The position numbers and the translations under genes were made by a program. DNA of 64,000 bases from Monocercomonoides exilis PA203 (Eukaryota > Protista > Preaxostyla): NCBI GenBank assembly GCA_001643675.2, contig LSRY02000025.1, positions 1,272,747-1,336,746 of the forward strand, given 5' to 3'. The notes under the pieces are model-generated. The model saw only the letters and a list, made by a program, of their open reading frames with translations. It searched no databases and had not been told where the DNA came from. Below, piece after piece: positions 11,271 through 24,832 of this stretch; within the stretch, counting starts at the first letter, position 1, and each line of letters opens with the position of its first letter.

Positions 11271-12699
11271 GGCGCATGTACAACAAGTAGTTCCGCTTTT
11301 TTTTCTTTAATCACCTTCCATTTTCAAAGAGTTTTCCTGTTTTTAACAATTATAAAATTTTTTTTAACAATCAAAAGAATAGAAATACAAATAAAGAATT
11401 AGAAAAGTAAAACAAGTTGCTGAAGGCACAAACCTAGATAAACGAAAGTATTTCTTTTATATTCAGAGTGAGAAACTTGAAATATATAAAATACTCTTCA
11501 TTCCGTCATTAATCTCTCTGCGGATAGGAAAAAGTTTATCAAAACCAATCATTTTTGAAATTCGTTCATGGATAATCAAATTTGCACATGAACGCCATAT
11601 TATTATTAGATTATCTTGTTATTTCCCATTCGTCAAGCCACTACAGAAATAATTAAAAATTGATCTTGGATAAATAACAATACTATTAAAAGCTTTTTTT
11701 CAGAATTGTCAAAATTCCAAAAGCAAACCATGTGTAAGGATGATTCTCAAGATGGGCATCATGCATGCAGAATAAAAGAAACGGGTCAGAAATTCTTTTT
11801 GAAAAATCAGAGATCGTCTGACATTTGCTTTTTTTCAAATAATAAATAATATAACATTTTGCAACGTTGTTCCATTGAAGTGCAAATTACAATATCAACA
11901 TTAATTTCACTTTTCAAAAGTTTTCGAAGAACCAAAATTGCATTCATGAAAATAAACACCTAAAAGAAATGTTTTGAATGAACTTTTCCGATTTTTATCT
12001 ATCCACAATGCAACAATGGTTTATTTTGTTAATTTCTTATGGATATTTAAATTACGAATATTGAAAAATGCATTATGTTCCTGTTTGAATGTTTTCTGTC
12101 GCAGTGAACACTTGTTAAATTATATTTGTTGAAAAAATTTAACCAACAAACATTTTTCATATTTGTATAAACCAATCCTTTGATTCAAGTTCAGATATGT
12201 TAGTTGCTTTTTTTTTTTGCAGTTTTTTAATAAACAACAATAATTTAAGGACAAATGGTTGTTACACATTCATTATTCTTTGTTTCTACTCGATTGACAA
12301 AAAACAGTTAGAAGGTTGGACACATAAATGAAGGTTTAATTCTAAACAAAGAAACTCGTTGTAAATGTTTCTTTATTAAACACATAACAAATAGAAAATG
12401 GCAATCTATTCGGATATGGAAAAATTGAATGTGATGTTGCACGGAAAAGAAGATGAGAAGAGGTTCATATGCCACTGTGCGCTGAGCTTGCAGAGCTGTA
12501 GAACTCAGAAGATTTGTTTGAATCGGAAAATTTTTGTTTGTGTCCTTCTTTTCTTCGCCCAGGCTTTGGTTAGCTTATCGCTCGCTATGATTAGCTAGAA
12601 TTCTTTGGTATTCTTTTCCTACAGCAATCTTTCGCTCCTTCGTTGAATTTCAAGCAACACTGCACATCCTCTTCATCTTCAAAAGTGAAAACTCAACAG

Positions 12700-14663
12700 A
12701 TTTTCTCAGCCATCATTCGGAGGAGAAAAAAAAATTGGATATTCCACAGGCTTACTCAGGCTTTGCTTTGAAGAAGGCGCTGCTATCGCTTTGAATGAAG
12801 CGGAATTAGTAATGAAATTATTTAAATCACGTGAGTGGTATATTGGAGGTTACTGGTTAATTACAAGTTGTGTCTTGCATTTGGATGAATATATCATTGC
12901 AGTGTCTATGGAAACAATGCAGAATGTCAAAAAAGGTGACGAGGAAGTTTCATTTGCTTTCTTCTTCTTCTTCTTCCTCCTCTTTTTCTTCTTCTTCCTT
13001 CTCCAGTCGTATTTCTTCTCCTTCTGCTTCATTCTTATCAATGATATCTTCTTCATCATCTTCTCTTTTATCTTCTTCTATTTTATCTGCAAATAATTCT
13101 TATTTTCATTCTTCTCAATCTTCTCAATCTTCTCATTCTTCTCATTCTTCTCATTCTTCTCATTCTTCTCAATCTTCCTCTTCCTCTTCTTCTTCTTCAT
13201 CTCATCCTCTTCATCATCACCACCGCCACCATTGTCCAATCCATTTCACTCCCAATCTCCAAATGTTACCCCTTCTAACTCACACGTCCAGGTTCTGTCT
13301 CCACAACACGCAGATACCGGCTTCCACATAATGTGTTCACGTCATCTTGCTCCTTTCGCTTCTCCTCTCCCCACTTTTCTACACACATCGGTCCATCTCC
13401 TTATTCCCACCCCTGCATCTTCCTCTACCCCGATGTCACCTCCTCTCACCTTCTCCTCTTTTTCGTCCAGAGTTAAAGAGTTAGAAAGACGAAGATTGCG
13501 GTGCTTTCACGAGCTGATGAAGCTGCAAAAGCAGAAAAATGTTCGTTTAATGGAAGCATTGAGTCTTTAAGGCTGATGAAGCTAAGAGCAGAGGAAGAGA
13601 CAGGCTCCTGTGATAGATACAACGAAGAAGATGAGGAAAATGAGGAATTAGAAGAAGAAGAGTTCGATGGGGAAGCAGACGAAGAGAGAGGAGGGTTCTG
13701 TTTGTATGATGTTGATAATTGGAGCGACAAGACAGACTATGCAGAGACAAAGACAGAAGCAGAAGCGTCAGAGAAGGATAGGAAGAAGAAGAGGAGGAAA
13801 GAAGAGTTCATTCTGGAGGTTTGTGCAGACGGCAGATTCACGACGATGATGAGCGAGAGAAACCTGATGCAAAACCAGAGGGAGAAGGAGAAGAGATTGA
13901 TAAGGAGGAAGATAATGATGAAGCAGATGAAGAAGGATGATGATGTGTTTCGTGAAAGCGAGTGGTTATCTCCATGGTGCGAATTGGGAAGCAGAGGAGG
14001 AGGAAGAAGAGAGGAAAGAAGAAACAGAGGAAGAGAAGGAGGAAGTGATAGAGGAATCAGCAAAGGAGGAGGAGATGGTAATGGAGGAGGAGGAAGAGGA
14101 GGAACAGTGGTAAGAGAGAGGAGCGAAGGGAGAGAAGAAAGAGAGAAGGAGGAGCTGCAGTATGAGCAAGTGATGCTGTTGAAGAAAACGGGGCTGGTGT
14201 TTGAAGGGAGAGAAGTGAGTGAGATATGAATTTTGTATGACAGCGAGATAATCCTCAACTTGGGCAATGAAGTCGGATGAGAGGCAGAAGAAGAAGAGCA
14301 AAGTTTGCCAAGAAGGCAGAGAACGCCAAAGAAGCACAGGAGACAGAGAGTGAACTACGAAGAAAACGAGCATTTTGCACTGCAGCATCAGTAGAGTGGC
14401 TCGAAAGTGCCTGGCTCAGATTCGATTCTCTTGAGTCATTCGATTTCTGAACATCCGTTTGCATTGTCTGCCTTTTCTGCTTCTTCTCTTCATCTTCTTC
14501 ATCTTCTTCATCTTCTTCATCTTCTTCATCTTCTTCATCTTCTTCATCTTCTTCATCTTCTTCTTCTTCTTCATCTTCTTCATCTTCTTCATCTTCTTCA
14601 TCTTCTTCATCTTCTTCATCTTCTTCATCTTCTTCATCTTCTTCATCTTCTTCTTCTTCTTCA

Positions 14664-14695
<32 letters not shown>

Positions 14696-15200
14696 ATCAT
14701 CATCATCTTCTTCTTCTTCTTCTTCAACAGATTCTTCTTCTCCATTCACATTCAGTGAAAATGTCGCTTTGCTTGAATCACCAGGTCTTCGTGTGTGTTT
14801 GTTTGAGCAAACGGAAGAAGAAAGAGAGAAAGAGAAAGCGAAAAAAGAAGGAAAAGCTAAAAAAATGAGAAATTCAAAAAGGATAAAGAAAATTATGAGA
14901 AAAATATGAAGAATAATGAGAAAGAGGAGTGGAAAGGAGAGAAAAAGAAAAAAGGGGTAAAGGAAAAGAAAGTTAAAGAAAAGGAAAAGATGAAAAAGAT
15001 GAAAAAGAAGAAAACATTGGACAAATCAAACAAAAAATCACTTCTTCCAACCAAACAACTCCCTCCCCCAATCATCTTCACTTCAATTCAACTAATCATT
15101 CCACATCTTCTTTCGTTTCTCGTTTATCCTCAGTACCTTCTCATTCTTCTCTTCCTCCTCTTCCTCTTCCTCTTCTTCCTCTTCCTCTTCTTCACCTTCT
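12700..15200. other. Low-complexity, broken gene fragments (Ser/Glu/Gly-rich) within the outer element's cargo
   Basis: Purine/pyrimidine-skewed coding-like runs with stops and frameshifts; no recognisable domain. Confidence 0.4.
14488..14727. repeat. (CTTCATCTT)n / (CTT)n micro-minisatellite
   Basis: Direct inspection; it generates the spurious EED/LLH/KKM ORFs. Confidence 0.95.
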
Positions 15201-16709
15201 CCATCTTCTCCTTTCTATTTCTTCATTCGTTTCAATTTTTTCTTTCCCATCTCTTTTTCCTCCTGCATCACACCTTCATCCACATCTTCCTCTTCTTCAA
15301 TAAATATAACTTCTTTTGTTGCATTGTCGTTGACTTGTTTTTGGTCAGTGAGAACTTTGCGGCGAATTGGCTCAATGTCAGAATCTTCAGTCTCATCGTA
15401 ATTTTCGTTATCATCAATATTTTCAGTTGAAAGCTTATTTGGAAAAATAATTCTGCCTTCTTCATTCTCTTTATCAATAACTTTCAACTTCTCTAATCTC
15501 CTTTTATATAATGAAATTGTTGAGGACCCTGTTGAAACATCTTCTTTGCAAATGTATTGACGGCTTGTTGATTGTTTTTTGTTCAAATGAAAAACACTTT
15601 CAAATGAGATCTTTCTCCATCTACTAACGGAAGAATTGAAAAAAGGAGTCACTTCAATTTGTGCTTTAGTGGATCTCCAACACAAATAAGTTTTTATATC
15701 CTTCACGACAAGCTTCAAGCTTGTCTTTGGCTTGATTCTGGGAGAGTAATCGATGATGAATCTCTCCAATCTTTTATCCTCCTTTCTTTCATTTTTTGGG
15801 AATGCTTTGTGAAAGAAAGTGATCAAATCCTTGAGGGTGGAGATGTCCTTGCGAGATCTTTGAACGATTCTCGCAAGGACTCCAAATTCCCCATCAACCT
15901 CGCTTTTCCCGTGACCTTCTCCGAAAAAGGAAAGCGAGGTTGTATCAAATGTTTCATGAATGGAGGAAGACGGATGAAGCAAAAAAAAGAGAAAGCAGCC
16001 GTTTCTGAAGTGTGGACCGCAGTCTGTCCACACTTTCAGATGAGAATTAGGCCTTTGCGACACAGAAAAAATTTTCGTTTGTGTCGGTCGTTTAAGTCGG
16101 CTCGTGTCGGAATCAATTTATGAGTAAAAAATCTTTCAAATAAATATTTTCTTTTTAAAAAAATTTCAAATTAACAAACTTTTCTTTATTTTTTGTGTAT
16201 TCAGGAAAAAAATAAATTTTTTTATAAAAAATTCCCATTATTCTTTTTGAATTTAAAAATTTTAATGGGATTGATCAAATATTTTCTGGATGTTTTGTTG
16301 TTTTTTCAAGCAAATACAAATTCAGTCAATCTTCTTTTTGAATGAATAAGATGAAAAATTAATATGTTCACATATTAACCACACAAAAGATGGTTGTTTT
16401 CGGTTCCAACAACTGTGTTTTCTGTTTTTTTTTTTGATATATAAAAAGTCGTGAATTTAATCATTTCAGTTTGTTGATCTTCATTATGAATGTTTTATTT
16501 TGAACGCCAATCAGTTTTCTTTGAAGTTTGAGATTGCTTTATGCAAACAAAGAATAACAGATAAATGAGAAAAAGAAGGGGCTATCTAGGAATAAAATGA
16601 AATGAAAACATATATCGATGTGACAAAATGAACAGTGAAGAAGAATAGTGAAAAAGCAGAAAAGGAAATTTGAAGAAAAAATAACAACAAAATTTTGAAG
16701 AAAAAAGAT

Positions 16710-16770
<61 letters not shown>
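16710..16770. repeat. ~61-nt poly(T) tract
   Basis: Direct inspection. Confidence 0.95.
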
Positions 16771-16771
<1 letters not shown>

Positions 16772-16789
16772 GAGTCGTTGAATATTTTA

Positions 16790-17500
16790 AATCTGAGAGT
16801 GATCAGCAATTCACATTTACAGAAAATATCTCCACAAAGTCGCTGAATGGGCATTGGAAAAAGTTGAGGAAGAAGAGACAAGAAAGCAAACACTATCACC
16901 TTCAATTTTCTCGGCTGACACAGAAACAACTTTTGAAAAGCAGAAGATTTGTGCCCTCTTTCTCATCCATTTCGATCTTTGTGAATACAAAGGATTGCTC
17001 GTCTCCTCATGAAAAACTGATTGCTTACTCAAAGGATTCGTTGTCTATGCTGCAACATGGGATGAACGAGAAGAAAGAGATGGCAATTGGCACTCTGCAG
17101 GAGAGGGAGCAGACAGCAGCTCAAATCCTGTTCTGGGTGGCAAATGGAGCTCTCAACTCATTTGATGAAATGAAAATTCCGCTTCAATCACTGGCAAATC
17201 TGAGTCCGCATATTGTATTGTTCTCGGAGCATATGATCATCACAATTGCACTTCATTTTGACAGTTCAACCGACTCAGACAAGTCATCCATCTCATCCAC
17301 TTCCACGATTGTGACACTTCGTCTGATGGCTCGCTGATGAATAAGAATGGAAAAGACTCTCCACCACCTTCATCAGCGTTTGAGGACGAGGCAGACAATA
17401 GAGAGGAGTGTCTGAGGTGGAAAGCGCCAGAGCTGCAGATGAACAAGAAGATGAGGGCAACAAAGGAATCGGTACTGTTCTCAATTGGGATGTTGTGGAT
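16790..17500 (+). pseudogene. Second pseudokinase-tail fragment (frameshifted), cargo of the hAT element
   Basis: CSSPHEKLI...EKKEMAIGTLQEREQTAAQILFWVAN...NLSPHIVLFSEHM, then a frameshift, then PSSAFEDE...ECLRWKAPEL...SIGML. Confidence 0.85.
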
Positions 17501-17899
17501 AAAGTTCTTAATAGAAGTTATTTTTTTGTTCTTAGAAAATATTCGTTTGTGAATTTTGTTTTTTTCTATATTTCATGACCAACATTTCAACATTCCATGT
17601 TTTTCATTTCTTATCATTGTTTCTCTTATTTTTGAAGTTACTCATTTTTGTTCTCATATTTCACATATGTTTCATCTATTTTAATAATATATTTAATATA
17701 AATATTTTGTTGATCTGAACTTTTGTATTGATTTATTTTTGTTTTCTATGCACTTCACCTTATTTATTTTCTATGTTTGCTCCTGTTATTATTTAAATTT
17801 TTAATTATCAATATTTCTGATTCTGGATGAAGAATATGAAATTAACAAATAAAAAAACATTAATTAATTATGTCCATTTGTCGTTAAATCAGTTTTTCA

Positions 17900-19240
17900 A
17901 AGCTTCGTTTTCAAATGTTTGATTTTTGATTAATGCAGGAATTAACCACTCCTCTTCTTCTTTCCTGGACTTTAACTTTTCTTTTGATCTTTTCATTCTT
18001 CTGTTTCTTCATTTTTTCATCTTCAATCAATTTCACGCATTCATTCTGCACAGTTCACACATCCTGAATCGCCTCCTCAAAGTTCTTCACCAGCAACAGC
18101 CCAACAGACTTGAAGAACGTCACCACCGAACCAGAAACAGCCACTATCTGCTCTGTTGCAGCTTTTCACTCAGCTCTCATCAGCCATGTGATCGAATGCT
18201 CCGAAATGTGTTCGAACCAAACCGCTCTCTTCAGTTCCACCATCGCCAGGTGAAACTCTTCAATCAGTTTGTTCAGCGCAATGAATGCATATTCTTGTCC
18301 ACACCTCTCTGTTCTTCCCGAACGTTGCAAGTTATTCTGAGTGACTATCTGCGCATTTGTTTCAATAATCAGACACACTTGCAGAACATTAATTTTTCAC
18401 TCTGCAATATCAGTGGCAATCAGCACAGCAATGTTTCTCATCATGAATGGCCGCAGCGTCTGTTCTTTCCGCCTGTGGACAATGCTATCATGCAACGGCT
18501 TACAGTTGAAAGACTTCAAGTTTGCACACACGTTCAATACGATCGCATCAGCATTCTGGTCGCATAATATGATCAGTCATCTGTGGATTCCTCCAAATGT
18601 CTTCTGACGGTTTAAGATAATATCGCTCTGCTTTTTTTGTGAGGTCTTCATCACATTGTGCTTCACACGCAATGAAATGGCAAACATATCCGATCCCACG
18701 AGATCAGTCCACACTGAATTTGGTTTTTGTTAGTAGAAAGTGTCTTCTTCGATGATTGAACCACGGTGGCAACTTGTCAAAGAACAAAAGGATCTTTGTG
18801 CCAAAATGCTCAGCGGAGAGGTTTTCAGAGGATGAAGTTGAGTTTTGTTGAAGTAGAGGAGTTGGAAGAAGAAAACTTGAAGTGAATTGGAGATGGAGAT
18901 GGAAAGGAAACAGGCGGAGGAAAGCTTTGTGCAAAATCGGACCATCCAAAGAATGTTCTTTCATGTTCACTTTCACCTTCTCTATCATTTTTGTCTCCAT
19001 TTGAAGCTTCCTGAAATGATGCAAGATCAAATAACATGATTTTCTCCACATCTGACATGAACGCAAAGTCCAACATCCTGTCAATCTTATTTATCGCAAA
19101 AAAACTCAAAATACTTCAACTTCTCCCTTTCCATTTTTCACTGCTTTCTTCTGCAGCAAAAAAGAGTCCCTCTATTTCGAGCTGCTCAAATCTTGGTTCT
19201 TCTATTGGAAGATTTATATTTGTTTAATGCGATTGATTAG
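17900..19240 (-). pseudogene. Second degenerate DDX21-like DEAD-box helicase, cargo of the hAT element
   Basis: FFAINKIDRMLDFAFMSDVEKI (II), ILLFFDKLPPWF (degenerate III), VLIATDIA (V), LQRSGRTERCG (VI). Confidence 0.75.
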
Positions 19241-19399
19241 TCAGTTGGAAAATGGAAATACCATGCATATTCCTCTAGTTTTCGTGCAATTCAGCTTCGT
19301 GGTCTGTTCTCCACATTCATCGTTTCCATTTATTTGCATTCTGTTTGTGGTTTTGTAAACACTAGAGTGAAAGCATTTTATCTGCATAAGGTGAATTCT

Positions 19400-21300
19400 A
19401 AGACTCTTCCAGACAAATCTCAGTTGATTCATTAAAAGAAGTAAAAAAAATGAAGAATACGAAGAATATGAAGATTACGAAGATGATGATGATAAGATGA
19501 ATTAGAAGAAACTGATGCTTTTTCCTTGTTTGAATTCAACTCTGCTTTTATAACAGACACATTTGTGAGTGTGGCAATCACATCCAAATGCCAAGCGGCT
19601 ACTGCCAGATGGATGGAGAGAAAGCTTCTAGTCAAATAGCAGCTGCATTTTCGAGCAGTTGGCTGGCTGGGGAGAGAAGAGAAGGAAAAAAAATGAATGC
19701 AATGAGGGCGAATACGTGTGTGGCTGTTGTGTTGAGGTATCTTTTGTTAACGAATAAGAGGAAGAGGAAGAAGAAGAAGAAGGGTTGATTGATGAAGGAA
19801 TTGATGAAAACATTGGAATCTGAGAGAATGATAGAACATCAACAGGAGAAGAAGGGAGGAGGAAGAAGACAGAGAAGAGGAAGAAGAGGAATCAGAGAGA
19901 ATAGGAGAAGGAGGAGGGGAAGTAGAAGAAGGTGGAGGAAAAGAGGAAAGAGTGGTTGAGTTTGGAGAAGAGGAAGAGGAGGAGGAGGAGAAGAAAAGGA
20001 TGAAGAGGAAGAAGAGGAAGAAGAGGAAGAAGAGGAAGAAAAGGAGAAAGAAGAAGAAAAGGATGAAGAGGAAGAAGAGGAGCGACGGTGAATGTGGCGA
20101 GGGGACATACGCGACGGAGGTTTCTGGAACTCATTCAGGTTTTTTAGTTGAAGAAGAAGAAGTAGAAGGAGGAGGAGAAGAAGGAGTAGGAGGAGGAGGA
20201 GGAAAAGGAGGTGGAGGTGAACGCAACGAAGGAGAAGAATGAGAAGAAGGTGAGAGAGAAGAAGATTTTTCATATTGAGGAGACGAGGAAGTTCCGGCAG
20301 ATGGTGGAAGGATTGTGACAGATGAAGATGAAACAGCGAATGAAGGGATGTTTGTGTGGTGTGTGTTAGGTGAAGAAAGCGAATTCTCTCTCGAAATAGC
20401 AGAACCATCTGCAGATATAATTGTTGCGGAAGAAGAAGAAAATTGACATGTCTCAAAACAATCTGTTCCTCTGAGTAGATGCCTCATCATGCATGAAAAC
20501 ATTGCAGGTGGCGGAGGAGGTTGAGGGAGGGTTGGTGGAAGAGGTGGAAGAGGAGGAAGAGGCAGCGTGTCTGAAGAGTGTGAAGGCAGAGAAGGCATCT
20601 GCACACAAGAACAATCAGATCCTTCACAAGCACTTCCAAAGGGAATTTTCGACAATATCGGTGTGTGGCAGACACTCTCAAACTGTGTGATGCCAGATAG
20701 AAACAACTGCGATGCAGATGGCTGGCTGGCTGATGAACAATTGAAATCACAATCACATCTACTCGAATTAGAGATCATATATGAAGAGGAATATGAAGAA
20801 TAAGAATAAGAAGAAGAAGAAGAAGAAGATGATGACGACGACGATGACGATGAAGGAGAAGAAGGAGAAAAAGTTGACAACATTCAAGATATCAAGGAAG
20901 ATGAAGAGTGAGTTAATGAAAACGTGTGAGGACAATACCAATAATTTTTTTATTTGCGCCTGATGTATAAGTCAACCAATTCGAAGCAACGGATAGAAAA
21001 TGGAGCTAACAAAATGGAGCGGCGATGGTGCGTGAAGAAAGATTCAGAAGATGAGTTCAATCAATAATGGTTTTCAAAAGACGATGATAAAGGAAGTGGA
21101 GAAAAAGATGATGAAGAAGATATCGAAGCAGATGTTAACTGGCAGAGTGGAGAATGTGCGGAGGAAGAAGAATGGTGGAGAGAAGCAAGTTGGAAAAGAC
21201 AATTAAGACATGTGTTTCGATCAAGAGGAAATATACGGCAGGAGAAATGTGAAATGATAAAAGAGTGGCATGCGCAGGGCAGAAGATTGGAATGAATAGA
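19400..21300 (-). other. Ser/Pro-rich low-complexity gene fragments within the hAT cargo
   Basis: Broken ORFs 19839-20883 with no identifiable domain. Confidence 0.35.
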
Positions 21301-22145
21301 CGTTGAGTGAAATAATGTTGAAAAAAATGATAACGAATTCATTTAAGAAAATAAACATGAAATTCTCAAAAATAAATGGTATAACTTCTTTATATTCAAA
21401 CAATCAAATGATTTTGAAATGGAAAAGGAACGTCAAGGTTGAGATTTTCTTTAAAAAAAACATTAACTTCAATCAATGTGAAAAATGTTACTTGTAGAAA
21501 CAACTGTTTTAAAAAACTTCATAATAAAACGGAATGATGGATGAAAATTGAAAAAATTAAAAACGAAAACAACAAAAAAACACGAATAAGTGAAACAGAT
21601 AAGCGTATGCAACTGATTTGTTAACGTTAATGCAGATTATGCATGTTTCAATGCAAAATATTGTTATTTCCAAAAATTGCGAAAAGAAATATGTGAAGAA
21701 TGAACTTGATCTGTTTTTGCCTTATGAAAATACAGAAATAAATCACAATTTATAACTAAACAATAGCAAACATTCCATTTCCACGTTCTTTTCATTAACT
21801 ATGCTTCAACAAATTGCGAAAAGTTGAACCGTTTATGGAACTTCTAAATATTCATGAAAGAATAAAAATTTGATAAATATATAAATAAAATATTGTTAAA
21901 TAACAGTTATTGATGTTTGTTTCTTTGTCAACCTTGAGAACTTGCTTGTCTTCACCACTTCAAGGAAACCTATGAAAAGTTGAAAAATGTTTAATTAACA
22001 AAACTGATAAGACAAAACAAATACTAATCAAATCTCGCACAACACAAGGAATAAATAAAACAGTTTAATATAGAAAATTTCAAATATTTCCAAACCAGTT
22101 CAGATACAGTGCATGATCTTTATTGTTTTGTAATCAGTTTATTGT

Positions 22146-24832
22146 TTATAACAAAAGAAGAGAATTTAACGATTCCAAAGAAAGTGAATGCCTTCGATCG
22201 CCACAGATTCTTTTTAGCCTTGAAAAAAGGCGCTCGCATGATGCCTCACTACAGGGCGATGAGATCAATGCGTATGACAAATTGGCATAAATGTTGGGCA
22301 AAACTCCTTGCTTTGCTATTTCGTAGTAATAAACCATCCATTTGTCTTGAAAAATCGATTGATCACAACAAATAAAATTTGAAGAATGCAAAGAAATTAT
22401 CTGCTTTCTTATATCGGAGTTCATAGAAAAAAGAACAGAATTTGCATAATCGTTGAATCCACTTTTGATTCGAGGAAACCAGTCACTTGAAATAGTCTCG
22501 AGAATTGTTGATAATGCTTTGGTCCTTTCATCTGAATTTTCTAAATCATCTGTTGGAAGTTGTTTGCTCGATCCAAGTAAAAACAGTTCGTCAACGATAT
22601 TTTCATTGGAAGAATAATTGAAAACACTTGAACTTTCTTCAGTTGATGAATCGCAATAGGTAACCTGTGAGCTTTCAATTGATTCACAAGAGTTTCTTGT
22701 GTTATATACAAATTGTTCTTTTGGAATGGTTGTTGATTCTGTCTCTTCATTGAACTCATCGTAATCATTTTCGGTGTCATCATCTATAATACCTAATGTT
22801 TCTAAAATAAGCTGATTCTGTAAATCATCATTCGGCTCATCGCTTGAATCCTTTGTGGATAAATTATTTGTTAAATAATTGATCAATTTAAAAAGAATAT
22901 CGTTGTTCAAAACAGAACTTGAAGGTGAAAATATTGTCTGTGTAATATCCGGTACTGGTGTTTGTGCAGATGAAACAGATGCAGATTCTTTTTCCTTTTT
23001 TTCTATTTTCGTTTCAAGTTGTTGAAGCGAATAATGAAATGCATTCACAGATAAAGGAGATCCGAAATTTATCTGTTGTGTTGGTAAAATAAATGTTGGT
23101 TTTAAAAATACCGAAGAATTCTGCAATTGTTGATTGGAAAGAAGATAACTGTTTGCACAATTATCCTTTGCTGTGTCTTGACTCGAAGGAATTTTCATGT
23201 TCTCTTGTTGAGCACAAGATATTGTTGAAAATGTTACAGGTGTTATCGATGATGCTGAAGAAGAAGAGCTGAGAAATGAATTATGCGTTATTTGTGAATG
23301 TGTCTTCAGAGTGTTGACAGCAGGATGCGTTGATGAAAAAGGTGATAATTTTTCTGATGATTTGATAAATTGAGTGAATTCATCTTTAAGAGAATTAAGC
23401 TTCGATGAAAAGGAGATCACAAATGAGCTTCGATGGTAAAGTCTCACTCCAATTGGTGTTAAAGAAAAAGCCAACGCGAATTTGTTACCTCGTTCTCCAG
23501 CAAGGAAATAATTATGTAATAAAATCATCAAATGGCAAATGCAAACTTGCCAATTCTCATCAGAAAAATAATCAAGATTAATCATCCAAAAATAATAAGC
23601 AAACGCTTTAAGTATAAGAGGAAAAACAGATCCCAGTTTAGCGTCATCGTTCTCGAGCAATAGTTGCAGTTCTCTTAAAGGAAACAGTAATATACCACAT
23701 CTGATCACATCAAAAATAGAAATATCACCAAAAAACTCAGAAATTGATGGATGTTTGCAATTAACATAAAAAAAATAACAAATGTCGTATAAACAAAGCC
23801 ACCTTGTTTTGACAAAGCAAGGGCACGTGGGATTTGTTGGATTTTTCGTTGATGTTTTCCTGTAGTCTTTGGATATCGTTATAATGGTCTCTTTCAATTG
23901 TCTCAAGAATTTGTTTTCGGAAAATAAATGGGTAATAATCAGATTGACTAAATGATTTGTGCAGTAAATAAAAAATGGTGGAGTTTGTAATTCATTTTGC
24001 CGAGTTTCACAAATAGTTGCATCCTTTGTGAGATTTTGTAACGCTAGCATTTGTGGTTTCAATCCATCTGTACAAAAACAACGAACCTCCCCATTCGCAT
24101 CTGACACTTCCTTCATGATAGTATGCGCCAATTTTGTGTAATCTGCAACTGTAAAACATGCATTGTTCAGGCTCCAAAAAACTGGTTTTCCATTTTCATT
24201 CAAGGGAACAACCGTAACAATTGTTAACTTTTTTCCAGCTATAACGCCTCCATCCATCATGACACCGACCATTTCATTGTTGATTGCTTCATTTCGTTCT
24301 TTGATTTTTCTCAAATTTTCGTCTTTGATGAGTAATGATAATTTCCTGCTGGTTAAAGATGGAAAAATGGTTTCTGAAGATAAAGAAGGGTTTTGTTGAG
24401 AAAGTCGAATTAACGTAGAAATGAATGTGTTAAATTCAGATGAATAAGCAGATAAAAAAGCTATATTGCAATGGCTTATAAGATGAAGGAATTGCTTTAT
24501 GAGAATACAAAAATCGGAATTGAAAATCTTTTCGACTTTTTTTGGAGGTTTTGATAAAATATGAACAGAAGGTTTAGGCTTAAGAAAAGATAACATTGAA
24601 GATCCTTTTGTTAAAAAGCATGAATGACTTCTAACGCGATCTGTGTTTTTTCTTCCAGAAAAGCCGCAGTTTATTCCGTGTTTGCTATTTGGACATAGAT
24701 AGTAAACATGCCCATCTTTTTTCAATGATCCATCAGGCAAAACTGGCGTGTACGCAATCCAGAGGGTATTGTTGTTGACTTCAAAGTGTATTTTCCCAAT
24801 TTCTTCTTTTGTGTTGTTGGGGTGAAGATAAT
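22146..24832 (-). CDS. hAT-family transposase (the frame is open up to a likely acceptor at 24832; first exon unresolved)
   Basis: N-terminal C..C..H.C cluster (YYLCPNSKHGINC...HSC), MMDGG and CTDG acidic residues, CxxH motif (YCTNHLVNL), TRW, and C-terminal SEASCERLFSRLK dimerization motif; no internal stops. Confidence 0.9.

Noticed and set aside
14255-14868. Poly-E/D, poly-K/M, poly-L/H and poly-F/I ORFs
   Set aside because: They are all frames of one stop-free CTT/CAT microsatellite
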